Below, piece by piece: positions 39,200 through 53,800 of a stretch of DNA of 64,000 bases. Both the position numbers and the translations under genes were made by a program. The notes below the pieces were generated by a model. It did no database searches and was not told the origin of the DNA. It saw nothing but the letters and a program-made list of their open reading frames with translations. The DNA is from Chrysomallon squamiferum (Eukaryota > Animalia > Mollusca): positions 7,626,001 to 7,690,000 of the forward strand of contig CM022671.1 in assembly GCA_012295275.1 (NCBI GenBank). Direction: 5' to 3'. Each line of letters starts with the position of its first letter. Positions within the stretch are counted from its first letter, which is position 1.

Positions 39200-41843
39200 G
39201 TCAAGCAGTTTAGATTTATAAACCTTTTTTTTTGAAGTTACAATAAGTCATAAATAATGACAGGAATATTTGGGATGAAATAATTCTGGTTTTGTTTCTT
39301 ATTTATATGTTTAAGAAAAAGAAAATATCTTTAGCAGAGATTCTCAGGCAAGATTTAAAGCTAGTTGAAAACATTATGTAACTTGAAAGTATAGAATTTC
39401 CCAGATCTCAGGCTGTTTGTTGAAATAAAGTGCTGATTGTTTTTCCCAATCTGGCTGCTTTATATTGGTTATATTATTTCCAAACCACTGGAAAAAGTTT
39501 TTACTTGTGTCGCCTAAAAGAACAGTTGAATATAAAATTATTTTTTGCTGTTGTATTTAATTTAACATGCAGTGAGGATTTTTATTTTATTTTATATTTT
39601 GTTTTTACTGATTTTTTTTTGATTTTTTTTTAATAAATTCTTTATTCTTGTGAACTAGTAATCAAGTGTCACTGTTGTTCCTTGTTTGATATTCAGTAGC
39701 TGCAGCATTGTCATTGAACAAACATACATTTGCTTTTTCTCTCAGAGTTGAGCAATACTGTTTATTAATCTGAGAGAACAAAAAGAATAACCAAGTTCAG
39801 TCCGTGGCAGCATAAAGAAACCATTGAGTTGACAAGTGATGCAAGAGAGTAGATCAGGGAAATGCATGCAAGTCATCTGGTACAACAGCAACAACACCTT
39901 TCTTTACTTTAGCTTGCACTCCCAGCCTGACAACAACTCAGGCAGCTTTGAACATTTGTCGAGAAACTCAATAAAGTTGAAAATTAACTCCATTTCATTG
40001 TATGGCAGCCATTGACAACGTTCACACACAATTGCCAGTCCGTTTTGAAAAGGGCACAATAAAGTAATGTCTTCCATATGAAGAAATCATCAGCAATATA
40101 TAAATCCCCTATGCACTGATATGGTAGAGCAAAGTGTTTCAGCATGAATGGTAACATAATTTTTCAAGCAAGCCAATGTCTGTACTTGGTGAATTAGAGG
40201 ATAATCTGAGTGTGTCAAGACTCGCCAGCCATGCCCTCCATGCCTTGTGGTTGTGGTTGTTGTTATTGTTGTTGTGGTTGTTGTTGTTGTTGTTGTTACC
40301 GTGCACTGTTTGATCTGTCAGTTTTGTCTGGCGGTGTAGTGTTCTAGTCAATATATCCAGTAGGTTGAAAGAGGGCAGAGCCAGTGAGCCGTGACATCAT
40401 AGTGGCTGCGGGAAGGATTTTGTCGGGAATGTGAAATGTGGGTTCATTCACTGCTAGCTGATTTCAGGCCTGTCAGCTCTGTGTGTAGGATGCCCTGATT
40501 TGTAACAGTCATGTAACTTTTTTTTTTTTTTACTAAACTCTGAGGAAACAGTTTCAGCAGATTTTTTGGTTCTTTTGTTGTTTTTTTTAAATTTTTGTTA
40601 TTATTTTTACTTTTAGAAATTTGGCTGGAGTTAGTTAAGTTTATTTTATTTTTAAAAAAATATTGTTTTCTAATTCTGATATAATTTGCATTATTATTAT
40701 TATTATTATATTTTTTGTTTTAATATATATATATAAACTGTTAAGTTAAATTTGCTGATTTTAGGTTTTTATTTTTGTGTTGTTTTTTATTATTTTGTCT
40801 TTTTTTGCTTCGAAATTTTTGTTTATTTTTAAAAGTTGGTTTTATTATCTCAGTTGGTTCAGTACATTTTTTTTTTTACATTTTTCTATCTGTAGTTTTA
40901 TTTATTTATTATTATTATTTAAAAAAAAAAATCATGGACTAATTTATATACGTAACAAATACAAAGATATTTTAAATATTTTTAACATAAAAGAAATTTT
41001 AAATTTAATTTTTTTAATGTTTTTAATTTTTAATTTTTTTTTCCTTTTCATAAACTGAGAATTAGAAAATAATATTTGATTTCAAACATTTTGGATAATT
41101 TACATATGTATATATATTTTTTTTCTTTTTCTGAAAGAACAAAATAAAAATGCAACTGACTATAAAAGGAGAGAAAATATCTAACTTTGTTATTCTTGAC
41201 TAAATTTTCTTCATTTCTGTGTTTTGTCTTTTTCATTTAATCTATAAACATTTATTATTTAAAAAAAAAATTTTTATATTAAAACTTTTTCATTATCTGA
41301 TTTTTTTAAAAAAAAAAATAAATTAAAATTTTTATTCATTTATTATAAAAAAAAAAAAAAAATTATTTAAAATCGCCAATTTTTGTTTTTTGCAATATTT
41401 CAATCACATAAAAAAAAAAAAAAAAAAAAAAAAAACATTTAAAAAAAAAAAATAATAATAATAATATTAATAAATAAATCTTTTGACTAATTGCTAATCG
41501 GATCTCAGGCTCAGCAATGTTAGCCAACTAGTGTACAATGACGAGCTGGATTGCAGAGAACATACTGTTTGTGCTGGTAGCAGTTACAAGATGTATGTTT
41601 TTTTAGCTTGAACTCGGAGTACTAAGTGATATTAACACTGTGAATGCCAAGCGACACTGAGTTCTCTAATATGGATTACCATTACTTGCTTTATGGAGTT
41701 TAGTATCATACTTGCGTGGATATGTGGTTTTACTACTATGTTCAGTGGCAATTTGATGTGTGCACACTGCACGGGAAGCCCACACTGACCCATGGGAAAT
41801 TTCATGCGAAAGATTTGTGAAGCCAATGGACACATTGTATGAA

Positions 41844-41883
<40 letters not shown>

Positions 41884-44420
41884 TAGAATTTTTTCTACAA
41901 AGATGCTTATTTTTTTTATATATATATATATATAATTATTGTTATTATTTGTTAAATTTGGTTAGTGTTAATGGTATGTGTATGTTTTGTATATATTTTA
42001 TATATATTTTATTTTATTTTATTTTATTTTATTTATTTATTTATTTATTTATTTGTTGTTTGTTAATATTATTAAAAATTAAATCAGTATAAAAATAAAT
42101 TAAAACTTTCGGATAGTTCATATGGTTTTTTTTTATTTTGTATTTTAATTTTTTGATTATAATTATTTTATTTTTATTTTAGATTTATTCTAAATGAAGT
42201 CAAAATATATATGTATGTTAATATTGTTAATATGTTTTTTTTTCCTGAATTATTGTGTATGTATATGTATGTGTGCATCTTAGTATGTGTGCGTGTATGT
42301 TTGTTACTTACTAATTTAGAACCTTAAATCTGACTAGTTACCTGAAAAGTAAAAAATTTCTAAACTTTTTTGTACCATTTACTGTATCTGCTCTAGATTG
42401 CTTATATGCATTTATATATAAAATATTAAATATCTTCCTGGTTATTTATTTAAATTTTTTTTGTTGTTATTTTTTATTATTTTTTTTTTTTTTTTTTTTT
42501 TGCTGTTATTATTCAACAACATACAACTTAGTGCAAGTACATTTGCAACAAGTGAATTGTGAAGAAATAATTATTTTATAATAGGATATTTTTAATAATG
42601 CAAAATTTCTATTCAGTTCAGTGCATTGGCTGTTGTGTGTGTATAACAAAAAAAAAAAACCTTAAAAAATAGGAAGAAAAAAAAACATTTTGTACTCTTA
42701 TTTACGCTTAGCTGAATATATACAGTTAACTATTACCTCTAATGGTTTTGCAAAAAGTATGTCCATAATCGCTAAAAATGTTTCTATGGTGTAGGATTAA
42801 TTGAAAGAAAAGAAGCATTTTGTATACTTAAATGTTGATGTTTTTAATAAAATTCCTTGGAACTTTTTAACTACATGTTTTCTGTCCTCCCTATATAATT
42901 TTCTGCATAAAAGTTATATAGAGCGGAATTGAAAATGAATGGAATTTTTCAGATATATTATTCAGTATGCAGTTTAATCATAATGCAAATGCAGTTTAAA
43001 AATCTGCTTACATTGTTACTGAGTAGATATGAAAATATTGGTGACCCAGCAAAATATTAAAACAAAATTTAAAAGCATTTTATTTATTTATTTTATTTAT
43101 TTATTTAAATTTTTATTATTATTATTTTTGTTTTTTCCTGTAAGTTTTTAAAATTATTTTAATAGTTTTTCACAAGTTTCATCTTGAATTTATTTTCATA
43201 AACAATAAATACATATAAAAAATAACATTTCCTGATAATATCCCTGTATTTTTAATCTGCAGATAAAAAAAATTTGCCATGTTTATTTTACAGATAAAAC
43301 TGTGGAAAAATAAAACCTACTGGTTTAATAATAATAATTTGTGTGAAATGAAAATGGATTTTTCCTGTGATGTTTATTAGCTTGTACAGATAATTATTAC
43401 AGTAGAAATTAAAATGTAAAGTGATTTATTTGTGATAATAATAACTGCAGTGAATTTAATACATATTTTACACATTATTTATTGACTTTTTTAATTCATA
43501 ATAATTATGTTGAAATTAAAACATTCTTTTTTTTTATGATAGAAATTAAAATATTGTCTGTTTTAATAATAATTACAACAGAATAATTATGCATTTTGTG
43601 CTTTCTCTGTTCACTTTTTGTGATTATTATGGTATAATTCTGGTATTAATTAAAACAATACTTGTATATAATAATAATAATAGAAAACAGTATATTTCAA
43701 TATTATTATTATTATTTATTTATCACAGTCACACTTAATACTATAACAAGTTTATTGCCTTTTTCACTTTTGTCATAACTGTTTGAAATTACTACCTATT
43801 TATTGTTGTATTTTTATTATGTTTCGTTTTATTTATCATAACTACACTAGAAATTACAAGTTTATTGTCTTATTTTTATTATTATTATTATTATTATTTT
43901 TTTGTTATTTATCATAAAAAAACAACAACATTAAAAGCTATTTATTTATTTATTTTATTTATCATAACTATACTAGAAATTAAAACCCATTTATTGTTGC
44001 TTTTTTTGATGTTTATCATAAAACTACACTAGATAATAAAACTATTTATTGTTGCTTTTTTTTTTTTGGTATTTATAGAACAATACCAGAAATTAAAACC
44101 TTATTTGTGTACCATTTGTGTTTCAGCAAACTGATTTCCGTGATCGCATGCAAACTGCCGAGTTTCTGCAGGCAACAACAAACAAACGTCGACCGACCTT
44201 GCTTCCTGAATATCATGGCCAGCCAGGGACAGTGGACCGAGAAAGGTAAGCAGGTCACCCAGTAAATAAAAAAACAAATCTCTCAAAGCCTACAGGAAAC
44301 ATAGCATCAATTAACTACCGTAGCAGTCATTAATTTACAGATTCATGAAGATAGGAAGATACCGAAATGATTTGTTCGGTTAGAACTTGTTATTTATTAA
44401 TATTTTTGTATTATTATTAT

Positions 44421-44460
<40 letters not shown>

Positions 44461-45356
44461 TCTGTTTTATTTTATTATTATATGTTTTATTCATTTTATT
44501 TTCTATTTGTTCAGCTGATCATTTGCTAATGGTTTTAATCAGTTTGGACACAGAATAACATCACTTTTATTCCTTCAGCACATACTTTTTACATTTTACA
44601 GGACAAAAAAATAAAATAATTAATAACAAATAAATAAATAAATAATAATAATAAGTGTAGTAGCCGTGCTTGTAGCAATAATGGTAGTTGTAGTAGTATT
44701 GCTGCAGTTGCAGCTGCTGTTGATGCTATAATAATAATAATAAAAATGCTATTATACTGCTACTGTTATTATTTATTTATTTACATACATACATGCATAC
44801 TTATTTATTTAATATACAAATGATATTCATATGGACTATTTATATAATAATATTAGTCTAAAATTGCAGTTTTTATTAACTGATGGATTTTAATGTGAAA
44901 TGTTGTCACTTATGTTATATAATAACATGGAAAGAGGAAATTTGCTTTATGTACTATTGAGTTAATAGCAGCAAAAATACTTTATATACAACTTTCTGTA
45001 TATAGGAAAGCATACACCCTTGTTTCTGACAAATCAGTCATTTGGAACAGGAAATGACCCAACAGCAGTTAACATAATCCAAGCTAACAGTGATATTGGT
45101 AAAATTAACTCTTCTTCAGTTTCAAAAAAGATATTTCAGAGTTAATAAACTGATCCCATTTTTTAGAACAACTAATGGAGTTGAGCAGAAGAAAACAAAC
45201 ATAAACATTTGTTAACTACATTTTTATTGTACACGTAATTGCAGTACATCTTTTATTGTTATTTATCTTTGGATTGTTTAAGAAAACAGAATGTTCACTA
45301 TTCACATATATAATTTTTATTTTTATTTTTTAGGTGTTAGTGCCTTACATTTTGTG

Positions 45357-45392
<36 letters not shown>

Positions 45393-45884
45393 TGTTTCAG
45401 ATTTGTTTAGTTCATCTGATAAGTATTTGTTTAATGAATACAGTTGTGCCAAAAGATTTGGTTTTTTTTAGAAAAAGAAAGGAAAACCCACCAAATAATG
45501 GTGAAATGTTGTTAAATTTTGGGGAGTTTGGGTGAAATCTTTATTATTATGATTATTATTATTGTTATCATGTGCATGAACATGCATGCATTCACACACA
45601 CACACACACACACAAATGCATATTAGTGTCGTTTTTAACCTAATGACTTCCCTGGCCATAATACAAAACTAAAAGTTCAAAAGTCATTGTTATGATACAC
45701 AGCAAACAGAACATTTTATATTTAGTTTAATATTTATTCATGAGAGAAAAATAAACATTTATTCATGAAGGGGCCAGTTTGATGAATGAGAAATAGACCC
45801 AGGCTGTCAGAAACATATGTCAAATAGAAAAAAAAAACCTATTATTTTATTTCTCTGTTTTTATTTTTATTTTATTATTATTAT

Positions 45885-45923
<39 letters not shown>

Positions 45924-46398
45924 TATTATTATTATTATTTTTTTTTTTTTCTATGGGGTGGGTTAGTTGTATTTTTTTATTATTTTTTTTTTATATTATT
46001 ATGTTTTTTCTATGAGGTGGGCATGTTGAATGTACATATAAATATATATGTAAAAAATAAATAAATGTTACAAATCAAGCAAAACATTTACACAGACACA
46101 CACATACACACAAAATTCCTTTACTGTACTTTTCTGATTAAAAAAAAAAATAATAATAATAATAATAAAATAACCCAAAACACAAGAAATGCAGTTAAAC
46201 ATATCTTCTTTATTTTTTTTAAATTCTCAAATCATTGTCAGTTAATCAGTTTTTCAAAAATAATCTATATTAAATAAAGACATCAGTTGAAATTGAATGA
46301 CTGCAAATTATTAATATTACAGCAGACTAACATTTGTCAGTGTATTATCAATATTTTAATTTATACATAAATTTTCTTAAATTATTTTTATTTTATAT

Positions 46399-46431
<33 letters not shown>

Positions 46432-49400
46432 GTTTATTTTAAGTATATAATTAATCTGAGTACAAGTTAAATTGTTTTGAAATCTTTATCTAATACAGTG
46501 TACAGGGTAGATAATAGAAATTATCAACAGAAAGAAATTACTTCAAACGGGTTGTAAACTTAGTTTAGGCATTATTTTTTACCTACCTCAAATTATGTCA
46601 TATTGTCTTTGAGTAGTATTATTAGTACAGTTGCTGCCTAAAATGAGTCAAGTTTATTAAATTCTTCTTTATAAAATAAAGTAACATATTTTGAATATAC
46701 AGAAAAAGCAGCCACTTAATTTATAATGACATCAGTGTGAATTGCTTGAGTTTTACATACACTGAAATGAGTTCTTGAAATACATCTTTCTATCACCTCT
46801 TTAAGACTTCTTGAAAACAAAAATGAAAAAAAAGTAGAAGGCATATTTTTCAGTTACTAATAAAACAGTTTGTTTAATATTGATTCAAAAGAAATAGTAT
46901 GTTGTTGTTACTGTTGTTGTTTTTTTTCATTTTTTTATTACTATCATTATTATTTATTTATTTATGTATTTGTGACACTTAATTAATAATACCAATCAGT
47001 ACAAATCTTACAGCAAATGAGAGGTGTTTTATCACTAAAATAACCTTAACCAGTCCAAGGACAGAGCCGCAGTTTGTCAAATGAGATGAGACTTGGATCA
47101 TAACTGTTTGTGGATGTTGTATTTTATCTCTAGATAAGTCGTTACAAATGAATTCTGTCCTCTCAGTAGCCTTATTGCTTGCAGAAGACTGTAACTAATT
47201 ACCTCTCAGAACATTTCTAATGCCACTCTTCAGCAGTGCAGAGGAAATAGGTTTATTTAAAGGGTGTTCTGTGACAGGAAAGAAAAAAGGAATTAAAAAA
47301 AAAAAAAAAAGATGAAACTTTTGTTTTGTTGAATAGATTAGGTTAGAGATATTTCTTCCAGACTTCAGCTTCAGAGATAGAGTTTCTTGCTTGGGTTATC
47401 CGGTGCTTGCATTCATTTAATCTGTCACAGCCAAAGAATTTATTGCATTGTTTAATGTGAGTGCTGTGTGTGTCACATGAAATTAGTATACAATCTGTTG
47501 CACAGCTATCCAGTGCACATTTTGTCATTAATTAATACCACAAAAATGTATAGTTAATTAATCTGCAGGTTTGTGAAGCTGTGTATTTTTTTATTTTATT
47601 TTTTTATTATTATTATTACATTATGATGTTATTGTTATTTTTAAACTTACATAATAAAGTTTCATACACACACACCAAACATATATGAATTTTAGCATAT
47701 ACTATAGTTTTATTTTAGTTAAATATATTTAATTCTCTGAAGATGAAAATTTGTAATGCATTGTGGGACAAATTTTTTTTTTTTTAAAGTAATTTTTTAT
47801 GTTACAGAACAGAAACTAGATGGTTTATTCCCTTTTGTTACCATAAACTTGATAAAAAACCAGCCCTTTTTTGATATATTTTTTTTGATATAAACTTTCA
47901 TAATGACATATACATACCCCTCCCCTCACACACACACATAATGACATGTACATATACATACATATATATAATCTCATTCAAACTGCTTGGGTTTATAATA
48001 GACATCTGTTTCTACACAATAATAATAATGTTTCTTATTCATATTTTGAAACAACAGAAAAGTTACATAGAGATTATTTCAAAAGAATAATTAATGCTTC
48101 CAAGATTTTCTTTCAGTCATTTTGTCAAAATCTGAAATCTGTAGCACAAATAGTTTTCATGCACAAACTTCCATAAAATGTTAGGATAGTACTAAAAATG
48201 ATATGTAATTATAAAAACAAATGAAGTTTTGTAAATCATATTTCCCCTTACAGCTACTGGGGTTATGTTATTATTAGGTTATCTGTACATCTGCACTTCT
48301 GTTTGCAAAAAATCTCAAAACGTTTATCTGAAAAAGTTAATTTTTAAATTTTTTTTTTTTTCTAAATAGTCATGTCAGAAATAAAAAAAAAAAATAATAA
48401 AAAAAAAAAATTGTTTATTCAAACTTTGTCATTTTTCACCTAGCACATCCACTTAAAAGATTAAAAATGCTTTCAGTAATAGTCACAAATTTAAAAAATG
48501 TATACATTTATTTATTTATTTATTTATTTATTGTATTTAACTGATATATTTGTCTAGAAAGTAGCATACTGGGCAAACTGTGAACAGATTTTGTAACCTG
48601 TCATGCTAACAGTGTATTGAGCAGAAAAAATTCAAAAACATTCTTCAAGCTGATACATTCAGCAACACTGTTTATAATTCTTGTTGCTAGAGAAAAGAAA
48701 GAAAAAGAAAAACCAACCACATAAATTGCTAATAATTGTGTTAAGATGTGTGCATGCAATGACCATTTTGTTCAGTAATGTGTCAAACATCACTGTGCAA
48801 ATTTAAAGAATTGCTACACAGCTGAAAATGTGTGGCATACATCTTACAGAATTAAATTTGAGAAACTTCAGCTATTCAGAGTTTTGAAAAGATATTGTTC
48901 CTTCGTGTGTTTAGTTAAATATAAAAAATAACAAAAAAATAAAATAAATAAAATAAATTGTATTTCATATTAAAATCGTGGCTTCACAGTAAATCATTTG
49001 TACTTGTCAGTGTCGTTTTAGAAAACAGTTTCAGTTTTCATAGACTTCTCGGAGAGAAAATTATTTCTGGCATTAATATTCTGTTTATTGCTTTTGGACA
49101 GTCTGTCATGAATTAGCATTACAAGTAAAATTTGTTTATGTTCTAAATTTAAATAATACTCTGGTATTCTGGGGTCACACAGGTAAAGATTTATTTCATT
49201 TTCGTGTAGATGTGTATAAAAAAAAAACATTTTTGAAATAGAATGAACTTTGTTTGCCAGGTTCTGCCATTGTAACTTTGACATCACATTTTCACAGATT
49301 TTCCTCCAAAATTTTATTTTAAATAATAATATTCCTTCTTTTTTATTTAATTACATTATTATTATTATTTTATTTTTTATATTTGTTTTTCTTGAAGGGG

Positions 49401-50029
49401 AAACAGCTACATTTTGAGCATACTTTTTTTTAATTTTTTATTTGTTTTTATTTTTTGTAAATTACATAAATGACAATAATAATAAAAACATAATTTATTT
49501 TTAAAATATGTTTTCAATTTATGCACTCAGAATGTTAATTTTGTTGTCAATTAATAAAGAATACAAAATTTAAATGAAAAATTGGTAAGTTCATTGTTTT
49601 ATTTATTGTTTTATTTATTTTTCAAAATAAAAAAAAAAAGGAAATAAAAGAAGAAGAAAAAAAGAAGGGAAAAAAGCACTAAAATAAAACAAATGAAAAT
49701 GGTGAAATTAATATTCAAAAACAAATTTCAGGTTTTATCACCAGCATAGTTTGAAGGCTGTAAAATGAGTGCTCAGAACAGTGAAAAAAAAGAAGAAAAA
49801 AAACCCATTAACATCAACTTTAATCAAACATACATAGTTATTTACTTGTGCATTACATATACAAAAACATGATCATTTTCTTTTTCTCCAATTTATTTAT
49901 TTTTTTTTTTTATTTTTTATTTTTTATTTTTTTTCATGTATGTATATATGCATGTATGTATGTATATGTGTGTGTGTGTATGTATGTATATATGTATGTA
50001 TGTAAATCACAAGCGAAACAGTTACAGTC

Positions 50030-50061
<32 letters not shown>

Positions 50062-50338
50062 TCTAAAAAATAAACATATGCAGTACAGCAAACTTTCAAT
50101 TTTGGTTTTTCTGTTTCATTGTTTTCAGAATGGCAGTCAGTCATTCAATCCATTTTACTTGTTCTATTAGGTTCTGAGGGTACTTAATGAAAAATGTATC
50201 TGAAGTATTAAACAAAAGAAAGACGTTTTATTTAAATATATTTTTAATCTATAATTGTATTGGGATGCATGTGGTTAAGATGTGTTCAAATAACGAAAGA
50301 AGAAACCAGCTACTACAACACAATAAAATCAAACTATT

Positions 50339-50375
<37 letters not shown>

Positions 50376-50442
50376 TAATGATTATGATTGGATAAACAAG
50401 AAACCAATATAATAAAATATAAATATTGATTGATGTTTTTAG

Positions 50443-50474
<32 letters not shown>

Positions 50475-50677
50475 GAAAATAAATTTACAAGTTAGAATCA
50501 GATATACCATTAACAAGAAGGTGTATATAACATCAGCCCAGTGCAAGTGGGTATGCTTTTCTTTTTTTTTTTTTTTTTTTTTTTTAATTGAGTTCAAAAT
50601 TAATGATTGATTGTTTCTTAAATTTCCTTAGCATTCATTTTTATTTATTGCAATCACATGCTTGTTTAGTTTTCATC

Positions 50678-50709
<32 letters not shown>

Positions 50710-50829
50710 CTGTAGGTATATTATAAAATAGGGACTTTTCAAAGTATCAGTATTTAGAAATCAGTGAAGTATAGTCACTTCTAAACTCTTATTTCACTTC
50801 TTTCAGTTATCATGTCATTTCTCTGAGTC

Positions 50830-50891
<62 letters not shown>

Positions 50892-53800
50892 ATTTTAATT
50901 TTGCTTAATAGAAATTTCATACTAATTAACACTATCTGGATTTATGGTAAAAATATTTCTTTTCCATAAAACAAAAAGCTAGGGAATCATAATTGTATTG
51001 CTCAGAAATGTGCTTTGAACCAGACTAGATACAGCTTTAAACATATTCATTCAGGCTTTAATAAAGGATGACATGTAGATGAATTATAACTGACTTGGTG
51101 ATGTCTGTTTGTGTGTTTGTGTGTATGTGGGGGAGGGTGGGAGCGTGACTTCAGTTCAGAAAGGTAAGAAAAATGAGTAAATCCATACAAAATGAACATC
51201 TAAAACATTCACCCTTATTTTACCTCTTTCTTATTTTCATTCATTTTTCACAGCAAGGAAAAAGAAAAATCATTTTAAAAAAGTTTTATTGCACTTTTAA
51301 AATATTGACACTGGCAGAAATTATTAAACGGTGCTAGATTTTTGAAGCTGCACTCAGCTCATTTTAATTACTGTCGTTAAAGCATAATTTTATGTCCAGG
51401 GATTTGTTCTTCGTCTGCAACTGATTATCACCCCACTTAAAAGTGCTGCCAGTCCAACAGTGATCTGGTTAATAAAAAAAAATATATAAAAAAAGTAAAA
51501 GTATGTTTGTGTGTAGGCTGGATGGATGGCAGTCAGTTCATCCAGTGTGAACGCATAATTAAAATGGCTCCGTTTAAACTGTGTTTGATTGTCAGGCCTC
51601 CTGGGAATGCTTTGTTTATACGTTGATACGGGGAGTACTACCTGCAGAGCAAGATTGCATTGTACTCACTGCTCCACTGGGAAAGTCTGCCAGCCAGCTC
51701 AGGTTCAAACAGATTAGAATTAACAAATAGGAACGAATATATTCACATCAGATCAGAACAGGACATAAATCAGACCATTCAGAACTGAAGGAGCATCTTT
51801 TTGATGGCTTTGGGTGTGCTTTCCTGTCAGTGGGAAGGTGCATATAAAAGAACCCTTGTTGCTTGATGAAAAAAAGAGTAGCTCAGTGCATTTCTGCAGT
51901 AGAGATCCACTATCTCATCATAACATCTTTAGCAGTGCATGATAACAAATGTTGCCCTTTCTGTGGTTATTAACTATTAATAATAGAGTTATATTTATCA
52001 TAATTATTATTATTTTTTCCATGGCATGTCCTTACTTCTGTACTGATTTTGTTAGGGATATTTAATAAAAAAAACAAAAAAAAAAAAAAAAAAGTATTAA
52101 AAAAGCAATCTGTTTTGAACCAGTGAAGTAAGGTTTTGGTGAGTTTTGTTTTGCATTTATTTATTTTGAGAGAAAGATACTGACAGGTCAGAAAAAAACA
52201 GAGAAAAATAAAAAGAATTGTATACAGAAACAGGAAAAAAAAAGTACCTGTCCCATAGTAATTCAAAACCACTGTACCTGTTGTAACATACTGAACTGTA
52301 TGTAGTTTAAATCGACCGTTAGTGTATAATTACCATTCTAACAAATGTACAGAAGTTTGACATACAAAATGGTCGTACAAATCAGGATCTTTTCTTTGCT
52401 GTATTTATTCTACCCTGTAATTTAAAAAAGTAACCATGAAAAGAGAGGGAAATGGGTACTGTGCAGAAGTCCAGGACAATTTAGTATGTTTCCAGTGGTG
52501 GTTTGTGAACATTGTTAAAAGGAAGTGGGGGTAAACAAAAATTAAATCCAGTACAATGGAGTCAAATGGAGGCTTTGTCATGGACAGTTATTTTTTAGAG
52601 CAATTTTTTGTTGGGGATTATTTCAAGTAATTGCAGGGGTTATAGAATGTTTTATTTGAACAGTTGGATGAGGTCTGTTATTATACAAGTTAAAGTTTGA
52701 GGGGGGAGAGAGAGAGAGAGAATGAGAATGAATGTATGTGTAGAGGGTAAGTGTATTGTGTACAAAGTGTGTTCAAGAAAATATTGTGTGTTGTATGTGT
52801 GCAGAGGTCAATGGTATTGTATATGAATGTGTATATGAAAGAATATATAATATATTGTGTGCAATGTATGTGTAGAGGTTAAGTTTTTGTATGTATGTAA
52901 GAACACGTGTATTTTTTTATGTGTATAGAGTAAGTGTTTTTGTGTGTATGTATAAGAATAAGAGGGTAGGTGTTTTTATACACAGTATGTGTGTGTATGT
53001 TTAAAAATGCACTGTGTATGTCTCTATCTATGTAGAGAAAAAAGTTTTTTTTTTTTTGTATCTGCATCAAGGACATGGTGACCTGTGATTACAGGGCTAC
53101 ATGGTGCATGTAACAGCAGGTTTCATTATTTATATTAATTACACACTGAACAAACAACAGGATGAGATGTCGTTAAACAGATTAAACAGTTCTGTTCCAG
53201 GCACTCAATACACCCATCTGTACCCTAATTAAAATATCTTACTCTGTATGTTTTATCAAATGCATGCATGCACACTATCAAACATACGCACCTACCCACA
53301 CATATGCACTCATGCACCCACTCACGTTCATATATATATATATGTATGTATGTATGTATGCATGCATGCGCACACACACACACATGCACACGTACATATG
53401 TACACACAATATTCTTTCTTATATCTACATGTCCATGTTTAGTCTGTTACAATTAAAAGACCAATTACTTACACACATGAGCCTATGTTTGTGGGTGTGT
53501 TGAAATGTAAATGTGAAAAATAAGATACAAAACAATCAATCAATTCACAATTATGAAAAAGTGATCATTTTTTTACTAACATTTTATATGCTAATTAAAT
53601 GCTGAATGATTGGGGGATGAGATTAATAAATAGGAAAATAAAAAACATGATCATGGCTTTACTGTTATCTTTTTTGCTTTCATTTAGATCAGTTCTAATA
53701 TTTTACTCCAATAATGGTTATTTCATGTGTTATCATTAATGTTACTACAGATAATAATAAACACAAAGTCACGAATTCACACACATGCATGCATACACAC

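Noticed and set aside
40139-40351. Poly-Asn/His ORF on the minus strand
   Set aside because: Translation of a (TTG/TGG)n microsatellite
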